Origin: a virus
Lineage: Duplodnaviria > Caudoviricetes
Virus record (IMG/VR): IMGVR_UViG_3300002055_000003
Span: 1 to 64,000 of that record
Length of the DNA stretch: 64,000 nucleotides
Strand: one strand, 5' to 3'
Shown here: positions 39,887 to 49,739 of the stretch, piece after piece
Numbering within the stretch: position 1 is the first letter of the stretch
Layout: the number at the start of each line of letters is the position of its first letter
Made by a program: the position numbers and the translations under genes
The notes under the pieces: generated by a model
What the model was told of the DNA's origin: nothing
Database searches by the model: none
Seen by the model: the letters and a program-made list of their open reading frames with translations, nothing else

Positions 39887-40090
39887 ATGTCAGAAGAACG
39901 TAAAGAGCGAATTAGGTCAATGATTGATTCAATTGTTGATGATAACCAAGAACAGGCCGAAGTTGATTTTCATGGTGCATCTACTGATATTGTAAAAGGC
40001 ATTCTTGGTATCCCTACTGAACCTGAATATAGTGAAGTAGAAGAAGTAGAACCTGAAGAAGTAGAAGAAGTAGAACCTGAAGAAGACTAA
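39887..40090 (+). CDS. Small acidic prohead core protein (gp67/68-like position)
   Basis: TATAAATA at 39843, GGAG SD; lies between portal and protease; Glu-rich tail. Confidence 0.6.
   Translation: MSEERKERIRSMIDSIVDDNQEQAEVDFHGASTDIVKGILGIPTEPEYSEVEEVEPEEVEEVEPEED
40034..40081 (+). repeat. Perfect in-frame 24-nt tandem duplication (EVEEVEPE x2)
   Basis: gaagtagaagaagtagaacctgaa twice. Confidence 0.95.
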
Positions 40091-40118
40091 GTAAAATACC
40101 TCGTGGTTGTGGTGTAAG

Positions 40119-40146
40119 AAAAGGGGGGAGTCTAAGCTCCCCTTTT
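40119..40146 (+). terminator. Intrinsic terminator
   Basis: GGGGAG-tctaag-CTCCCC-TTTT. Confidence 0.8.
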
Positions 40147-40219
40147 CAGTTTCTGTATTATAATTTTAATTGCTGGTAGATAATATCTATAAATAAGTAT
40201 TATCGACAGGAGTTTTATA

Positions 40220-40843
40220 ATGAAAACTGAATTTTTAATTGAAGAATTGGCACCATCTACTGCAAATATGCTTTCTGAAACATCTAACGATGGTAAAGAC
40301 CTTTGGTTAAACGGTGTTTTTATGCAAGCTGAGGTTGAAAATCGTAATAAGCGTGTATACCCCCGCAAAGAAATTGAGAATGCAGTAAACACATTACAAC
40401 GCTCCATTCTTGAAAACAACGGAGTTATGGGTGAACTAGACCATCCACCAACTATTTCATTGAATCTAGATCGCGTATCTCACATTATTACAGAAGTAAA
40501 GATGGAAGGAAATAATGCAATTGGTAAAGCTAAAATTTTAAACACTCCTATGGGCAATATTGCTCGTGAGATTATCAAATCAGGTTTTCGCGTAGGTGTA
40601 TCCACACGCGGGACTGGTAATGTTAATGAAGGAATTGTAGAAGGATATAACTGCGTAACTGTTGATATTGTTGCGACTCCATCTGCACAAGGCGCAACAC
40701 CATCTTCTATATATGAATCACTTGATAATGTTTCTGGCCGCAAAGTTCAAACTTTAGCTGAAGCAGTTCGCCATGATCCAGCAGCGCAAAAATATTTCGT
40801 TGAAGAATTTCGTAAGTGGATGGATAAGACACTAGCAAAATAA
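40220..40843 (+). CDS. gp21: Prohead core protease, T4 gp21-like
   Basis: GVFMQAEVENRNKRVYP, GELDHP, GVSTRGTG, DIVATPSA; TATAAATA at 40188. Confidence 0.96.
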   Translation: MKTEFLIEELAPSTANMLSETSNDGKDLWLNGVFMQAEVENRNKRVYPRKEIENAVNTLQRSILENNGVMGELDHPPTISLNLDRVSHIITEVKMEGNNAIGKAKILNTPMGNIAREIIKSGFRVGVSTRGTGNVNEGIVEGYNCVTVDIVATPSAQGATPSSIYESLDNVSGRKVQTLAEAVRHDPAAQKYFVEEFRKWMDKTLAK

Positions 40844-40844
40844 A

Positions 40845-41198
40845 ATGAATGAATTTGATGATTCATTTCCTGAATCAGCATTAGACATACTTGCAACACA
40901 AATATTTGAAGAAGACTTAAATGTTCTTTGGGGTTTTAATAACAAACATCCAGAATACCATATGGAGTTGATATTCCGAACAAAGTTTCTCAATCACTAT
41001 GCACCACTAAAAGAACGTTTTTGGCATTTATACCATAAAACATCAATAAAACCTCAATGTGCATTAGAAGGTTGTATGTCGCAAGTTGAGTGGCACCCAA
41101 TATATTCAAAGCATAACACTTATTGTTCAAAAAAGTGTTCAAAAACAGACTATTGGAAGAAAAAGAAAGAAAAAGATGCAGAAAGTTCAAATTCTTGA
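40845..41198 (+). CDS. Small Zn-finger-like protein (paralogue A)
   Basis: P-x-C-x4-C...YCSKKC; aligns with 50469..50816. Confidence 0.65.
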   Translation: MNEFDDSFPESALDILATQIFEEDLNVLWGFNNKHPEYHMELIFRTKFLNHYAPLKERFWHLYHKTSIKPQCALEGCMSQVEWHPIYSKHNTYCSKKCSKTDYWKKKKEKDAESSNS

Positions 41199-41221
41199 TA
41201 ACTCATAAGTTATTGATTTTA

Positions 41222-41242
41222 TAGGGTTTCCACTACTAAATT
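41222..41242 (+). promoter_or_regulatory. Conserved 21-bp motif, copy 1 (TAGGGTTTCCACTACTAAATT)
   Basis: 18/21 identical to the copy at 50821; upstream of the scaffold/capsid late promoter at 41274. Confidence 0.55.
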
Positions 41243-41346
41243 TAATTTTAATCCTATTTTTATACTATTAAAATAAATAATTATCGTAAAAAGACTTTTG
41301 TCTTTAAAAAACTAATATTAAAACTAATCTTTTGGAGATAAAAAAC

Positions 41347-42273
41347 ATGGATAAATTGCTACAACGATTGCTAGAAGCAGAAATTCTTACCCCTGAAACT
41401 ACAGCGGAGTTTCAAGCTGCTTATGATCAACAACTTGCTGAAGCAACTGAAGAAAGTCGTAAAGAAGTTGAGGCTGATGTACGTGCTGAACTAACTGAAG
41501 CATTTGTTGCTGAAAAAGAGCGTCTAGTCGAAGCAGTTGATACCAAACTTACTGAAATGTTCACACGCGAAGTTGATGAACTAAAAGAAGATTTTGAACA
41601 GTTTCGTGATCTTGAAGCTGAATATGCTGAGAAGATTGTAGAAGCTAAAGCAGCAATGGCTGATGAACTTCAAGTTGATATGAGTCAGTTAGTTGACAAG
41701 ATTGATACCTTTATGGAAATCAAACTTAATGAAGAAATTGAAGAACTACGTGAAGATATTGATCAAGCACGCAAGCAAGAATTCGGACGCCGAATCTTCG
41801 AAGCAGTTGCTGATGAGTACATGTCACAATTTCATAAAGACGACGACAGCGAAGCTACATATGCAGATATGGAAGCTCGTCTTGAGCAAACTCAAATTGC
41901 TCTCGAAGAGTCTGAAACTCGTCATGCAGAACTAGAGCGTATTATCAAGCTCGACGCAATTCTTGCCCCACTCGAAGGTAATCAACGGGCGGTAATGGAA
42001 CAGGTACTACAAAATGTAGCTACCAGTAAGCTGGAAGAAGGTTTTGAAACTTTTCTACCACGCATCATTCGTGAAACTAAAGAAACATCGGAGAAGGAAG
42101 ATGAAACGGTACTTTCCGAAAGCGCAGAAGTTAACGAAAGCACAGTCACTGAAGAAGTGGCAATTGTAACCGGTGACGGTAGTGATACTGCCATCGAGAA
42201 CGACGTTGTTAATGAAGGATTGGAAGATCAAGAAGAACAACTGAAGCGTATGCTTCGTTTGGCTGGACTATAA
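41347..42273 (+). CDS. gp22: Prohead scaffold protein, T4 gp22-like
   Basis: Glu-rich coiled coil directly before the MCP; GGAG SD. Confidence 0.88.
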   Translation: MDKLLQRLLEAEILTPETTAEFQAAYDQQLAEATEESRKEVEADVRAELTEAFVAEKERLVEAVDTKLTEMFTREVDELKEDFEQFRDLEAEYAEKIVEAKAAMADELQVDMSQLVDKIDTFMEIKLNEEIEELREDIDQARKQEFGRRIFEAVADEYMSQFHKDDDSEATYADMEARLEQTQIALEESETRHAELERIIKLDAILAPLEGNQRAVMEQVLQNVATSKLEEGFETFLPRIIRETKETSEKEDETVLSESAEVNESTVTEEVAIVTGDGSDTAIENDVVNEGLEDQEEQLKRMLRLAGL

Positions 42274-42335
42274 GAAACTGAATTAACGACATATTTAAAC
42301 TTTTACTTAACTTAAACTAAACTGGAGAAATTCTA

Positions 42336-43772
42336 ATGAGTAATGAACTATTTGAAAACTGGGATTCAACCAAAGGTGCGCTTTTGGATGGACTCTCTGG
42401 CGGTAAGCGAGATACCGTATCACAACTTCTAGAGAACCAAAAGAGTCACTTCCTAAAGGAAAGCGCTTCTGCTGGCTCAACTGAAGCTCACAACATTGCA
42501 AACCTACGTAAGACACTTATCCCAATGATTCGTCGTGTTATTCCGGGTACAATTGCAACTGAACTTGTTGGTGTACAGGCTATGTCTGGACCTGCTGCTC
42601 AAGTTTTTACCCTACGTCACCAATATGAAGATGTTGCTGGACCGGGTGATGGTACTGAGTTTGGAGCTGCTTCTGCTGCTTTAACAGGCCCAGATCAAGA
42701 ACTTTTTGGTAACGATTCACCACTTCGCCGATTTTATTCTGGTGCTGATGTTGATGCTCAAGCCGGTGAGTTTGGACTTGGAACAGCAGGCCAAGCTGGT
42801 ACAGATGGGTCTACTGGTGCTTCAACAAGTGGTACTGGTGCTGGATCATCTCTAGCTGCTGGTGCTGGAACTGAAGAAGTATATGCTGAATCACTTCTAG
42901 CTGGACATCTTGGACACGCTGGTAACTATCGTGGTGGTTCTGGTTCTTTCCTAGAAGGAACTGGTGGTCGTAAGGCTAGCCTACGTATTCTTTCACAGGT
43001 TGTAGAAGCTGAGACACGTAAGCTACAAGCTGGTTGGACACTGGAAGCTATGCAGGATATGAATAGCCAACACGGTCTAGATATCGAAGATGAAATGACA
43101 CGCGCTCTAAGTGCTGACATCGTTCAAGAAATTGACCAAGAAATCATCGCTGATCTATTAGCTCTCGCTGGAACCACTGCTACTTTTGATGGTGCTGGTG
43201 CTGGTGTATATGGTGGCGGCGCTGCTGGTAATTACGCTCCTGCATTCGTAGGTGATCGTCTAGCTAACGTTGGACCTCTTATCAACTATGTTGCAAATGA
43301 GATCGCTCGTAAAACTCGACGTGGTGCTGGTAACTTCATCGTTGTTTCACCAATGCTAGTTTCTGTACTACAGTCTGCTGCAAAGTCGGTATTTGCTCCT
43401 GCTGTTGAGGGTTCTTTCAAAGGACCAAACAACACTATGCTAGTAGGTACTCTTGGTGGATCAATCAAGGTTTATAGTTATCTGTGGAATCAAGCAGGTG
43501 CTGGACTTGATCTAGGTGTTCCTAATACACACGATGACACTATTCTTGTTGGTTATAAGGGTGGTGATAAGGAAACTGATGCAGGTTATTTCTACTGCCC
43601 ATACATTCCTCTAATGTCATCTGGTACTGTATATAATGCAGTAACACACCAGCCAGTAATGAGCGTAATGACTCGATATGCTAAGGCAGTATTCACTGCA
43701 ACCGAAACATCTCTTGGTAACTCGCGTGATTACTACGGTAAAATCAATGTTACAAACCTAGACTTCGCGTAA
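42336..43772 (+). CDS. gp23: Major capsid protein, T4 gp23-like
   Basis: LVGVQAMSGP, RKLQAGWTLEAMQDM, RRGAGNFIVVS, GYFYCPYIPL, VMTRY. Confidence 0.98.
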   Translation: MSNELFENWDSTKGALLDGLSGGKRDTVSQLLENQKSHFLKESASAGSTEAHNIANLRKTLIPMIRRVIPGTIATELVGVQAMSGPAAQVFTLRHQYEDVAGPGDGTEFGAASAALTGPDQELFGNDSPLRRFYSGADVDAQAGEFGLGTAGQAGTDGSTGASTSGTGAGSSLAAGAGTEEVYAESLLAGHLGHAGNYRGGSGSFLEGTGGRKASLRILSQVVEAETRKLQAGWTLEAMQDMNSQHGLDIEDEMTRALSADIVQEIDQEIIADLLALAGTTATFDGAGAGVYGGGAAGNYAPAFVGDRLANVGPLINYVANEIARKTRRGAGNFIVVSPMLVSVLQSAAKSVFAPAVEGSFKGPNNTMLVGTLGGSIKVYSYLWNQAGAGLDLGVPNTHDDTILVGYKGGDKETDAGYFYCPYIPLMSSGTVYNAVTHQPVMSVMTRYAKAVFTATETSLGNSRDYYGKINVTNLDFA

Positions 43773-43805
43773 GCAAAAGTTTAGTAGTAACTTGTAAAAA
43801 AGATC

Positions 43806-43828
43806 AAGGCTCCTTCGGGAGCCTTTTT
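43806..43828 (+). terminator. Intrinsic terminator after the MCP with C-UUCG-G loop
   Basis: AAGGCTCC-TTCG-GGAGCCTT-TTT. Confidence 0.95.
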
Positions 43829-43887
43829 CGTTTATACGTTTATATAATCAGGATAAATATTTGGAACGTTACCAAGAGACTCAGTAC

Positions 43888-44211
43888 ATGTCTGGAAAAT
43901 TATCATTCAAGGAATATCTACAATCAAAAGAAACTCTTCGCAAGGCTGTGAAAGAAGTTCCTAAGACCCAGATAGAATATGAAGTTAAAAAGTATTGCAC
44001 TTTCCCCATTGGTGAATCTTCAGATAAGCAAAAAATTAAACTAAAGCCATCTAATAGATTGTTTATTAGCTGGTTATGTGAAGACAAAAATAATCCTAAA
44101 GCAGTGAAGGTTGAATTTGAAGGAACTGATGCCGACGAAACAACTGAAAAGCCTACGTGGAATGATGCAAAGTTATTGAAATGGCTATTAAACAACACTG
44201 AACAAAGTTAA
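43888..44211 (+). CDS. Hypothetical late protein
   Basis: TAAATA at 43854; MSGKLSFKEYL N-terminus. Confidence 0.65.
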   Translation: MSGKLSFKEYLQSKETLRKAVKEVPKTQIEYEVKKYCTFPIGESSDKQKIKLKPSNRLFISWLCEDKNNPKAVKVEFEGTDADETTEKPTWNDAKLLKWLLNNTEQS

Positions 44212-44252
44212 ATATTCTCTAAATACCTGTATTACGTGGAAGAGAAAATAAT

Positions 44253-47200
44253 ATGTCGGCATTCAGCGGAGCATCAGATTTATCTGGTACAATTAAAATT
44301 GAAGGAGCAAAAATTCTATTAGAGTTTTTGCCTACAGTACCACAAGTAAATCAAGGAACAATTAAATGGAATATTCCATCGCCTGCTGACGGTTGCGCTT
44401 CGCAATCTTCATTACTCAGTGCTTATTGTGGTATTATTATTGTTGCGTCTAGAACACCACTTAATGCAACTAATATTCCTACTAACGGTGTTCGATATAC
44501 ATCTGATCCATCACTTGACCCAGACCTACATGCTGGTGATGTAATCGGTGATGCACTAGTTATTGGTGCGTTTTATGAAGGTGATAAAAAGGCCAATGGT
44601 GAAGACATGACAACCGAATTAGTTGTCAATGATCTTGATTCTGAAACCACTTATTACATTGGATCATATGCAGTTAGTTGTACACTAGAATACCATCAAG
44701 ACGGTATCCGAGCATATTCAGATTCCTATGGTGATGTCAAAGCTCCTAATACACCAAGCGTATCCGCTGTGGTAATGAATGATGGCGAGGGCGTTCAATT
44801 AACAGATGGTACTAATTTAGAAGCTGGTAGACAATATGGTTTTGAATTTGATTTAAATACTGATTTCCCCAATGATTCAAATGAAGATAATCGAATAACA
44901 GTATCATTTGATGGTGCCGATGCTCCAACTTATGATGATCTTATTAATGTTGTAAATGCGCAATTAGCTGAAATTGACAATCCACCTCGAAGTGCTGAGC
45001 CACCAAATTCAGGTTCTCAGTTATGGAATCCAACAACCAAAGAACTACAGACGTTTGATGGGACTCAATATAATTCAGTTGATGATGTTATCGTGGATAC
45101 TGATGATCCTTCTATTACACCCACTGGATCATATTGGTTTGATGAAGAGAATCAACAGTTAAAACAACGTAATTCTAATGTATTGCCAGTAACACCATTA
45201 TGGGATGATATAACAACAATTGTATATGATTCCGATCCATCAAATCCAGAATGTAATGTTATTTGGTTTTCTGGAACTACTGCATATGAATGGAGTGGTA
45301 CGGCTTGGTGCGAATTACAAACCTTCGTACAAGATACTGATCCATCATTAACAAAGATTGGCAAGTGTGGTCAATTCTGGTATAAAGAATCTACTAGTAC
45401 ATTAAACAAATATAATGTTGAAACTTCAGAATGGGAAGAAAAGCTTGCTATCTTTTGGTCTGACGCCCCAGATGCCCTCACATCTGGGACGTTTTGGTTT
45501 TCTTCTACCGAACAAGTTCTTCGCAAACGAATACAATTCGGAAATGTTTCTGATTGGAACATCGAACTTAATTTTGTTATTGGTGAAGTTGAGCCAGTAA
45601 AGACACCAGATTTAATTTGGTATCGCGAGTCCACCGATGAATTTTTTCAATTGGTTGGTAATGATTTTGTATCTATTGACGTGTTGGTATGGCATGAAGA
45701 CCCTTCCTCTGTTACATCATGTGAATTGTGGTGGGATGCCGATTCAGATGATTTATTCGAATGGGATGTTGTAAATTTATCATGGAAAGTGGTTGCGGAG
45801 TTAATTGAATCTGAAACCGATCCATTAAACCCGGAAGAAATCGAAGAAAAATCATATTGGCATGATCTATCAACTAATGAAATTAAGGAATGGAATGGTA
45901 GTTTTTATGAGGTTTCAGATAACTACATTGATTTTCCTACCGATCCTACTGCTATTTCAACTGGTGACGATGCCGCTTGGGTTAATTCATCAACAGGTGA
46001 AATACAAATACCATCAACAGTTGCTGGTCAAGTATGGGAGCAAGCAACACCTGTTATTATAAGTGAATTTGATCCAGAAGATATTCCAGTTGGTAAAGCA
46101 TGGTTTGATGAAACGAATAACTCACTCAAACTGTGGAATGGTATTTCTTGGATAACAGTTCCATATACAACACAGCCCGTTAAAAACAAAGTTGATGAAT
46201 TATGGTTTGATACAAATACTAATGAATTGAAGAAATGGGATGGTAAAGCATGGGTGCCTGCAACACCAAAGGTAACAGCATCATTAGATGCGAGAGGGAA
46301 CCTACGATTTACAACCCGAGAAACTGGTAGTTGTGTGAGCCTACTTATGTTGATTCCGGGTTATACATTTCAGGATGAACGACAGCAACCATCTCCAGTT
46401 ACCTATGGTGGTGGTCCTGCCCATAATTCTGGATATAAAAATGTGTATACTGATAATCCGTTTGAAACACCATTGTTCATAGATTCAAATCTTCGAGAAG
46501 ATCAGTTTCTTTTTAACTCACTTCCCGGCGAAGTTCAAGCCGTGGTTAATGGCACAGATACGGTTGAGTCTGTTCCTTCTTATGCTCAACTTGGTGTTGG
46601 AACCGATGGTACACCAGACGAACGTAGAGAATTAGCACATGCTATAAAAATTCAATTGGGATTTCCTACTGTTGATGTTGAACTAACAGATGAGCAATTA
46701 GATCGGTGTATGAATCGAGCATTTGATTCACTGCGCAAGCGCAGTGATATTGCCTATCGCCGTAATTTTTTCTTACTGGATTTACGTCCCGGTGTACAGA
46801 ATTATACATTAACTAACAAGAAAATTGGTTTCAATCGAATCGTCAATATCATGGGCGCTTTTAGACGCTCTGGCGCTTTCTCTGGTGGATACAGTACTAA
46901 CTCAGTGTTTGATCAATTGTTCGCTCAACAACTCTATGGAAGCACTACAGCAGGTGGTTTTGATATGACTTCGTTGCACTTATCTCAACAATACCTTGAA
47001 TTGATTGAATTGATGTTCGCGACTAAACTAAATTTTCACTTCAATGAATCAAATAGAACTTTGTATTTTCATCAAGATTTTCACAAACATGAGCGAGTGT
47101 TACTTGATACTACAACTGAGCGAACAGAACAGGAGATGTTTAAAGATCGTTGGGTTAAATCTTGGATAGAAAGATATTCTCTCGCACACGCAAGATTGAT

Positions 47201-47381
47201 ATTGGCTGAGGTGCGCGGTAAGTACCAATCCCTGCCCGGTGCTGGAGGTGGAACCAGTTTAAACGCTTCAGATTTACTGTCTACATCTGCTGCCGACTTT
47301 CAAGAGTGTTATCAACAACTGGAAGATTATGTTGCATCGAATTCTGAAGATTTTGGTGCTTTTGACTTTGTAATAGGATAA
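44253..47381 (+). CDS. Neck protein gp13-like core with a large N-terminal extension of Trp-rich repeats
   Basis: C-terminal IKIQLGFPTVDVELTDEQLD...AEVRGKYQSLPGAGGGTSLNASDL; about ten G-x-x-W-(F/Y/W)-D...L-x-x-W repeats. Confidence 0.8.
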   Translation: MSAFSGASDLSGTIKIEGAKILLEFLPTVPQVNQGTIKWNIPSPADGCASQSSLLSAYCGIIIVASRTPLNATNIPTNGVRYTSDPSLDPDLHAGDVIGDALVIGAFYEGDKKANGEDMTTELVVNDLDSETTYYIGSYAVSCTLEYHQDGIRAYSDSYGDVKAPNTPSVSAVVMNDGEGVQLTDGTNLEAGRQYGFEFDLNTDFPNDSNEDNRITVSFDGADAPTYDDLINVVNAQLAEIDNPPRSAEPPNSGSQLWNPTTKELQTFDGTQYNSVDDVIVDTDDPSITPTGSYWFDEENQQLKQRNSNVLPVTPLWDDITTIVYDSDPSNPECNVIWFSGTTAYEWSGTAWCELQTFVQDTDPSLTKIGKCGQFWYKESTSTLNKYNVETSEWEEKLAIFWSDAPDALTSGTFWFSSTEQVLRKRIQFGNVSDWNIELNFVIGEVEPVKTPDLIWYRESTDEFFQLVGNDFVSIDVLVWHEDPSSVTSCELWWDADSDDLFEWDVVNLSWKVVAELIESETDPLNPEEIEEKSYWHDLSTNEIKEWNGSFYEVSDNYIDFPTDPTAISTGDDAAWVNSSTGEIQIPSTVAGQVWEQATPVIISEFDPEDIPVGKAWFDETNNSLKLWNGISWITVPYTTQPVKNKVDELWFDTNTNELKKWDGKAWVPATPKVTASLDARGNLRFTTRETGSCVSLLMLIPGYTFQDERQQPSPVTYGGGPAHNSGYKNVYTDNPFETPLFIDSNLREDQFLFNSLPGEVQAVVNGTDTVESVPSYAQLGVGTDGTPDERRELAHAIKIQLGFPTVDVELTDEQLDRCMNRAFDSLRKRSDIAYRRNFFLLDLRPGVQNYTLTNKKIGFNRIVNIMGAFRRSGAFSGGYSTNSVFDQLFAQQLYGSTTAGGFDMTSLHLSQQYLELIELMFATKLNFHFNESNRTLYFHQDFHKHERVLLDTTTERTEQEMFKDRWVKSWIERYSLAHARLILAEVRGKYQSLPGAGGGTSLNASDLLSTSAADFQECYQQLEDYVASNSEDFGAFDFVIG

Positions 47382-47383
47382 TA

Positions 47384-47917
47384 ATGAAACTATACGATAT
47401 ATTACATGAAGGTTTTAGTCCATCTCTCCCAGAGGGTGTTAAGTTGCGGATGAGTGAGACAGAATCTATGATTAATCTTAGTCTGATTACAATACCTGAT
47501 GAATTGCGAGGACAGGGAATTTTTACAAAAGTAATAAACGAATTAATCAGTTATGCAGATAACTCATCAAAAGTTATCGCGCTTACTGCGTCCTCAGACT
47601 TTGGTAGTAGTAAAGCAAGACTTGAGAAATTTTATAAATCAAAAGGGTTTGTAAAAAATTCAGGAAAGAATAAAGATTATGAAATAAGTGAAGGTATGTA
47701 TAGACTACCAAAATCTGTCAATGAAGGAATTGATTATGCTCAAGGAAAGAAAGGGCCAGAAATTAAACTTCCTATATATACTAAAACAAAATTTGACTAT
47801 GGTTCTCGATCCAACAAAGTTACACATGGTGATATTATTGTGAAAGCATCGGATACAGGCAATATATATGGTCGAAGGCGAACTGCCCAACGAACATTAA
47901 AAAAACGGTCTAAATAA
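47384..47917 (+). CDS. GNAT-fold acetyltransferase with internal-head-protein-like N-terminus
   Basis: Acetyl-CoA motif A ELRGQGIF, then IALTA and LEKFYKSKGF; MKLYDILHE|G start. Confidence 0.75.
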   Translation: MKLYDILHEGFSPSLPEGVKLRMSETESMINLSLITIPDELRGQGIFTKVINELISYADNSSKVIALTASSDFGSSKARLEKFYKSKGFVKNSGKNKDYEISEGMYRLPKSVNEGIDYAQGKKGPEIKLPIYTKTKFDYGSRSNKVTHGDIIVKASDTGNIYGRRRTAQRTLKKRSK

Positions 47918-47921
47918 TACC

Positions 47922-49739
47922 ATGACTGATTGTAATAATACATATGGACCTAAGTATAATGAAGAGGTCGATGATGGTTGTGGTGCATCCACAACAGCAC
48001 TGGACCCAAATTGTAAAACTTGGCAATTATCTCTATCTAATGATGCTGCAATTATTGATTCTTATGTTGCGGAGAGTTTAAATATTGCTTCAGCAGATGC
48101 AAATGTTTATAAGTTACTTGGTGTTCATGAACAAGAAAAATTAATTGATGCCACAGGCTTTGGTGATCCTATCTCAAGTGGGAATATAGGCGCATATCCG
48201 GCCTCAAATGCATTTACCATAGTCGATACAGCATGGAAGTCAATACAGCGCGGAGAAAGCGCGGTACTAGCCTCAGCATTCATTGGTTACGATTTTGGGC
48301 TAATAAAAACAAATGAGGGAACACGCCGCCGATATTCTGTTGATGATGCTGCCATTCGCAAGCACATAACAGCAATTTCATTGAAACAATCATCAAATCC
48401 ATTGGAGCGTGCCACTAAAATACGAATAGAACGTTCTCAATGTGGAATGAAATGGAAAGGTGTTCAAGTAATTAATGTTCCTGATGATGAATGTTTAAAC
48501 ACGTTCTTATTAAAAGATTCTGTTACATCACGCTATTGGAGAATAAGACCTTTAGAGTTTAATGGTGGCGATTCCAATAGCTGGTCAGTAAGAGCGTTAC
48601 AGATGGTAGACAATTATCTTGCAACAAATGAAGATAACGTTCAAGATAAAATCTTGCTTGAAAATCGTGATCGTGAATATGACATGAGTACTATAACAGT
48701 TAAAGTTTATTTTGATCTACAAGAAGCTCAAACTGATTTATCTCGATTTGGACTTCAAATGACTAATGAAACATTGTTTGCTGCCGCCAACTTTTCATCT
48801 GCCGTTGTTACGTTAGGTAGACCTTTTATTATCGGTGATATTATCGAAATACCATCTTTGGCACAATATTCAGCCGACATGACAAGAGTTGAAAAGTATT
48901 ATGAAGTTGTTGATACTTTATGGGCTTCAGAGGGATTTACTCCAACGTGGCAACCAACGCTTCAGCGATTGATTTTGCAACCAGCATTTGCATCAAGAGA
49001 AACACAAAATGTGTTTGGTGATTTGAGTAATGAACGTGAGGTTGATGCGCTCGGGTTACTTGGAGGCGATGATGGCAATCATCCACTATATGCCGATTAC
49101 ACCGGGGTAACAGAAGAAATTCATGCTCAATCAAAAATTCAAGTACCAGAAAGAGGAACTGATGTTTCTGGTATTAAAGAATGGAGTACTGAAGAAATTG
49201 TCAAAGCTCGCGCAGCGGGTGTTACTAACATAGAAAAGACAGGTCGAATAGCAAGAAATAGAATACCAAGCACCACAACAATACCACCAGACAATCTCCC
49301 ATATACTGAAGGCGTTTCTCTACCAGAAGAACCAAATGATGGTGATTACCATAGATTGGTAGTGGACGGGCAACCAATTCAATTATATAAGTATATTATT
49401 CAAAATCAAGGTTGGTCATTACTCGCTGAAATACCATCTGATATTGGATCAGGATCGTTTGGATCATTTCAATCATCAGATGGTATGCCACCGAATAGTG
49501 CTCCATATACCGAAGGAGATGATTTTCCAGAGTATCCGAAGGATAAAGACTATCATCGATTGACATACACAAAAATTGACGATGAGTTACCAGCTAGACT
49601 ACATAGATATAGTGATGTTAAAAAACGATGGATATATATTGAATCTGACTATAGAGCATTAAATAATAATAAGCGAAGTGTTTTAAGTGAATTCCTAAAT
49701 AATCCAAATACACCAATTGATAAGATAACAAGACAATGA
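47922..49739 (+). CDS. Neck protein gp14-like with inserted beta-sandwich domain
   Basis: DKILLENRDREYD, DLSRFGL, GRPFIIGDIIEIP; lies between gp13 and gp15; insert SRYWRIRPLEFNGG. Confidence 0.75.
   Translation: MTDCNNTYGPKYNEEVDDGCGASTTALDPNCKTWQLSLSNDAAIIDSYVAESLNIASADANVYKLLGVHEQEKLIDATGFGDPISSGNIGAYPASNAFTIVDTAWKSIQRGESAVLASAFIGYDFGLIKTNEGTRRRYSVDDAAIRKHITAISLKQSSNPLERATKIRIERSQCGMKWKGVQVINVPDDECLNTFLLKDSVTSRYWRIRPLEFNGGDSNSWSVRALQMVDNYLATNEDNVQDKILLENRDREYDMSTITVKVYFDLQEAQTDLSRFGLQMTNETLFAAANFSSAVVTLGRPFIIGDIIEIPSLAQYSADMTRVEKYYEVVDTLWASEGFTPTWQPTLQRLILQPAFASRETQNVFGDLSNEREVDALGLLGGDDGNHPLYADYTGVTEEIHAQSKIQVPERGTDVSGIKEWSTEEIVKARAAGVTNIEKTGRIARNRIPSTTTIPPDNLPYTEGVSLPEEPNDGDYHRLVVDGQPIQLYKYIIQNQGWSLLAEIPSDIGSGSFGSFQSSDGMPPNSAPYTEGDDFPEYPKDKDYHRLTYTKIDDELPARLHRYSDVKKRWIYIESDYRALNNNKRSVLSEFLNNPNTPIDKITRQ

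Noticed and set aside
40132-40419. 95-aa minus-strand ORF
   Set aside because: Overlaps the prohead protease antisense and runs into a terminator; no support.
42780-42880. Gly/Ala/Thr/Ser-rich loop in the major capsid protein
   Set aside because: Variable surface insertions are common in gp23 homologues; no specific signal.
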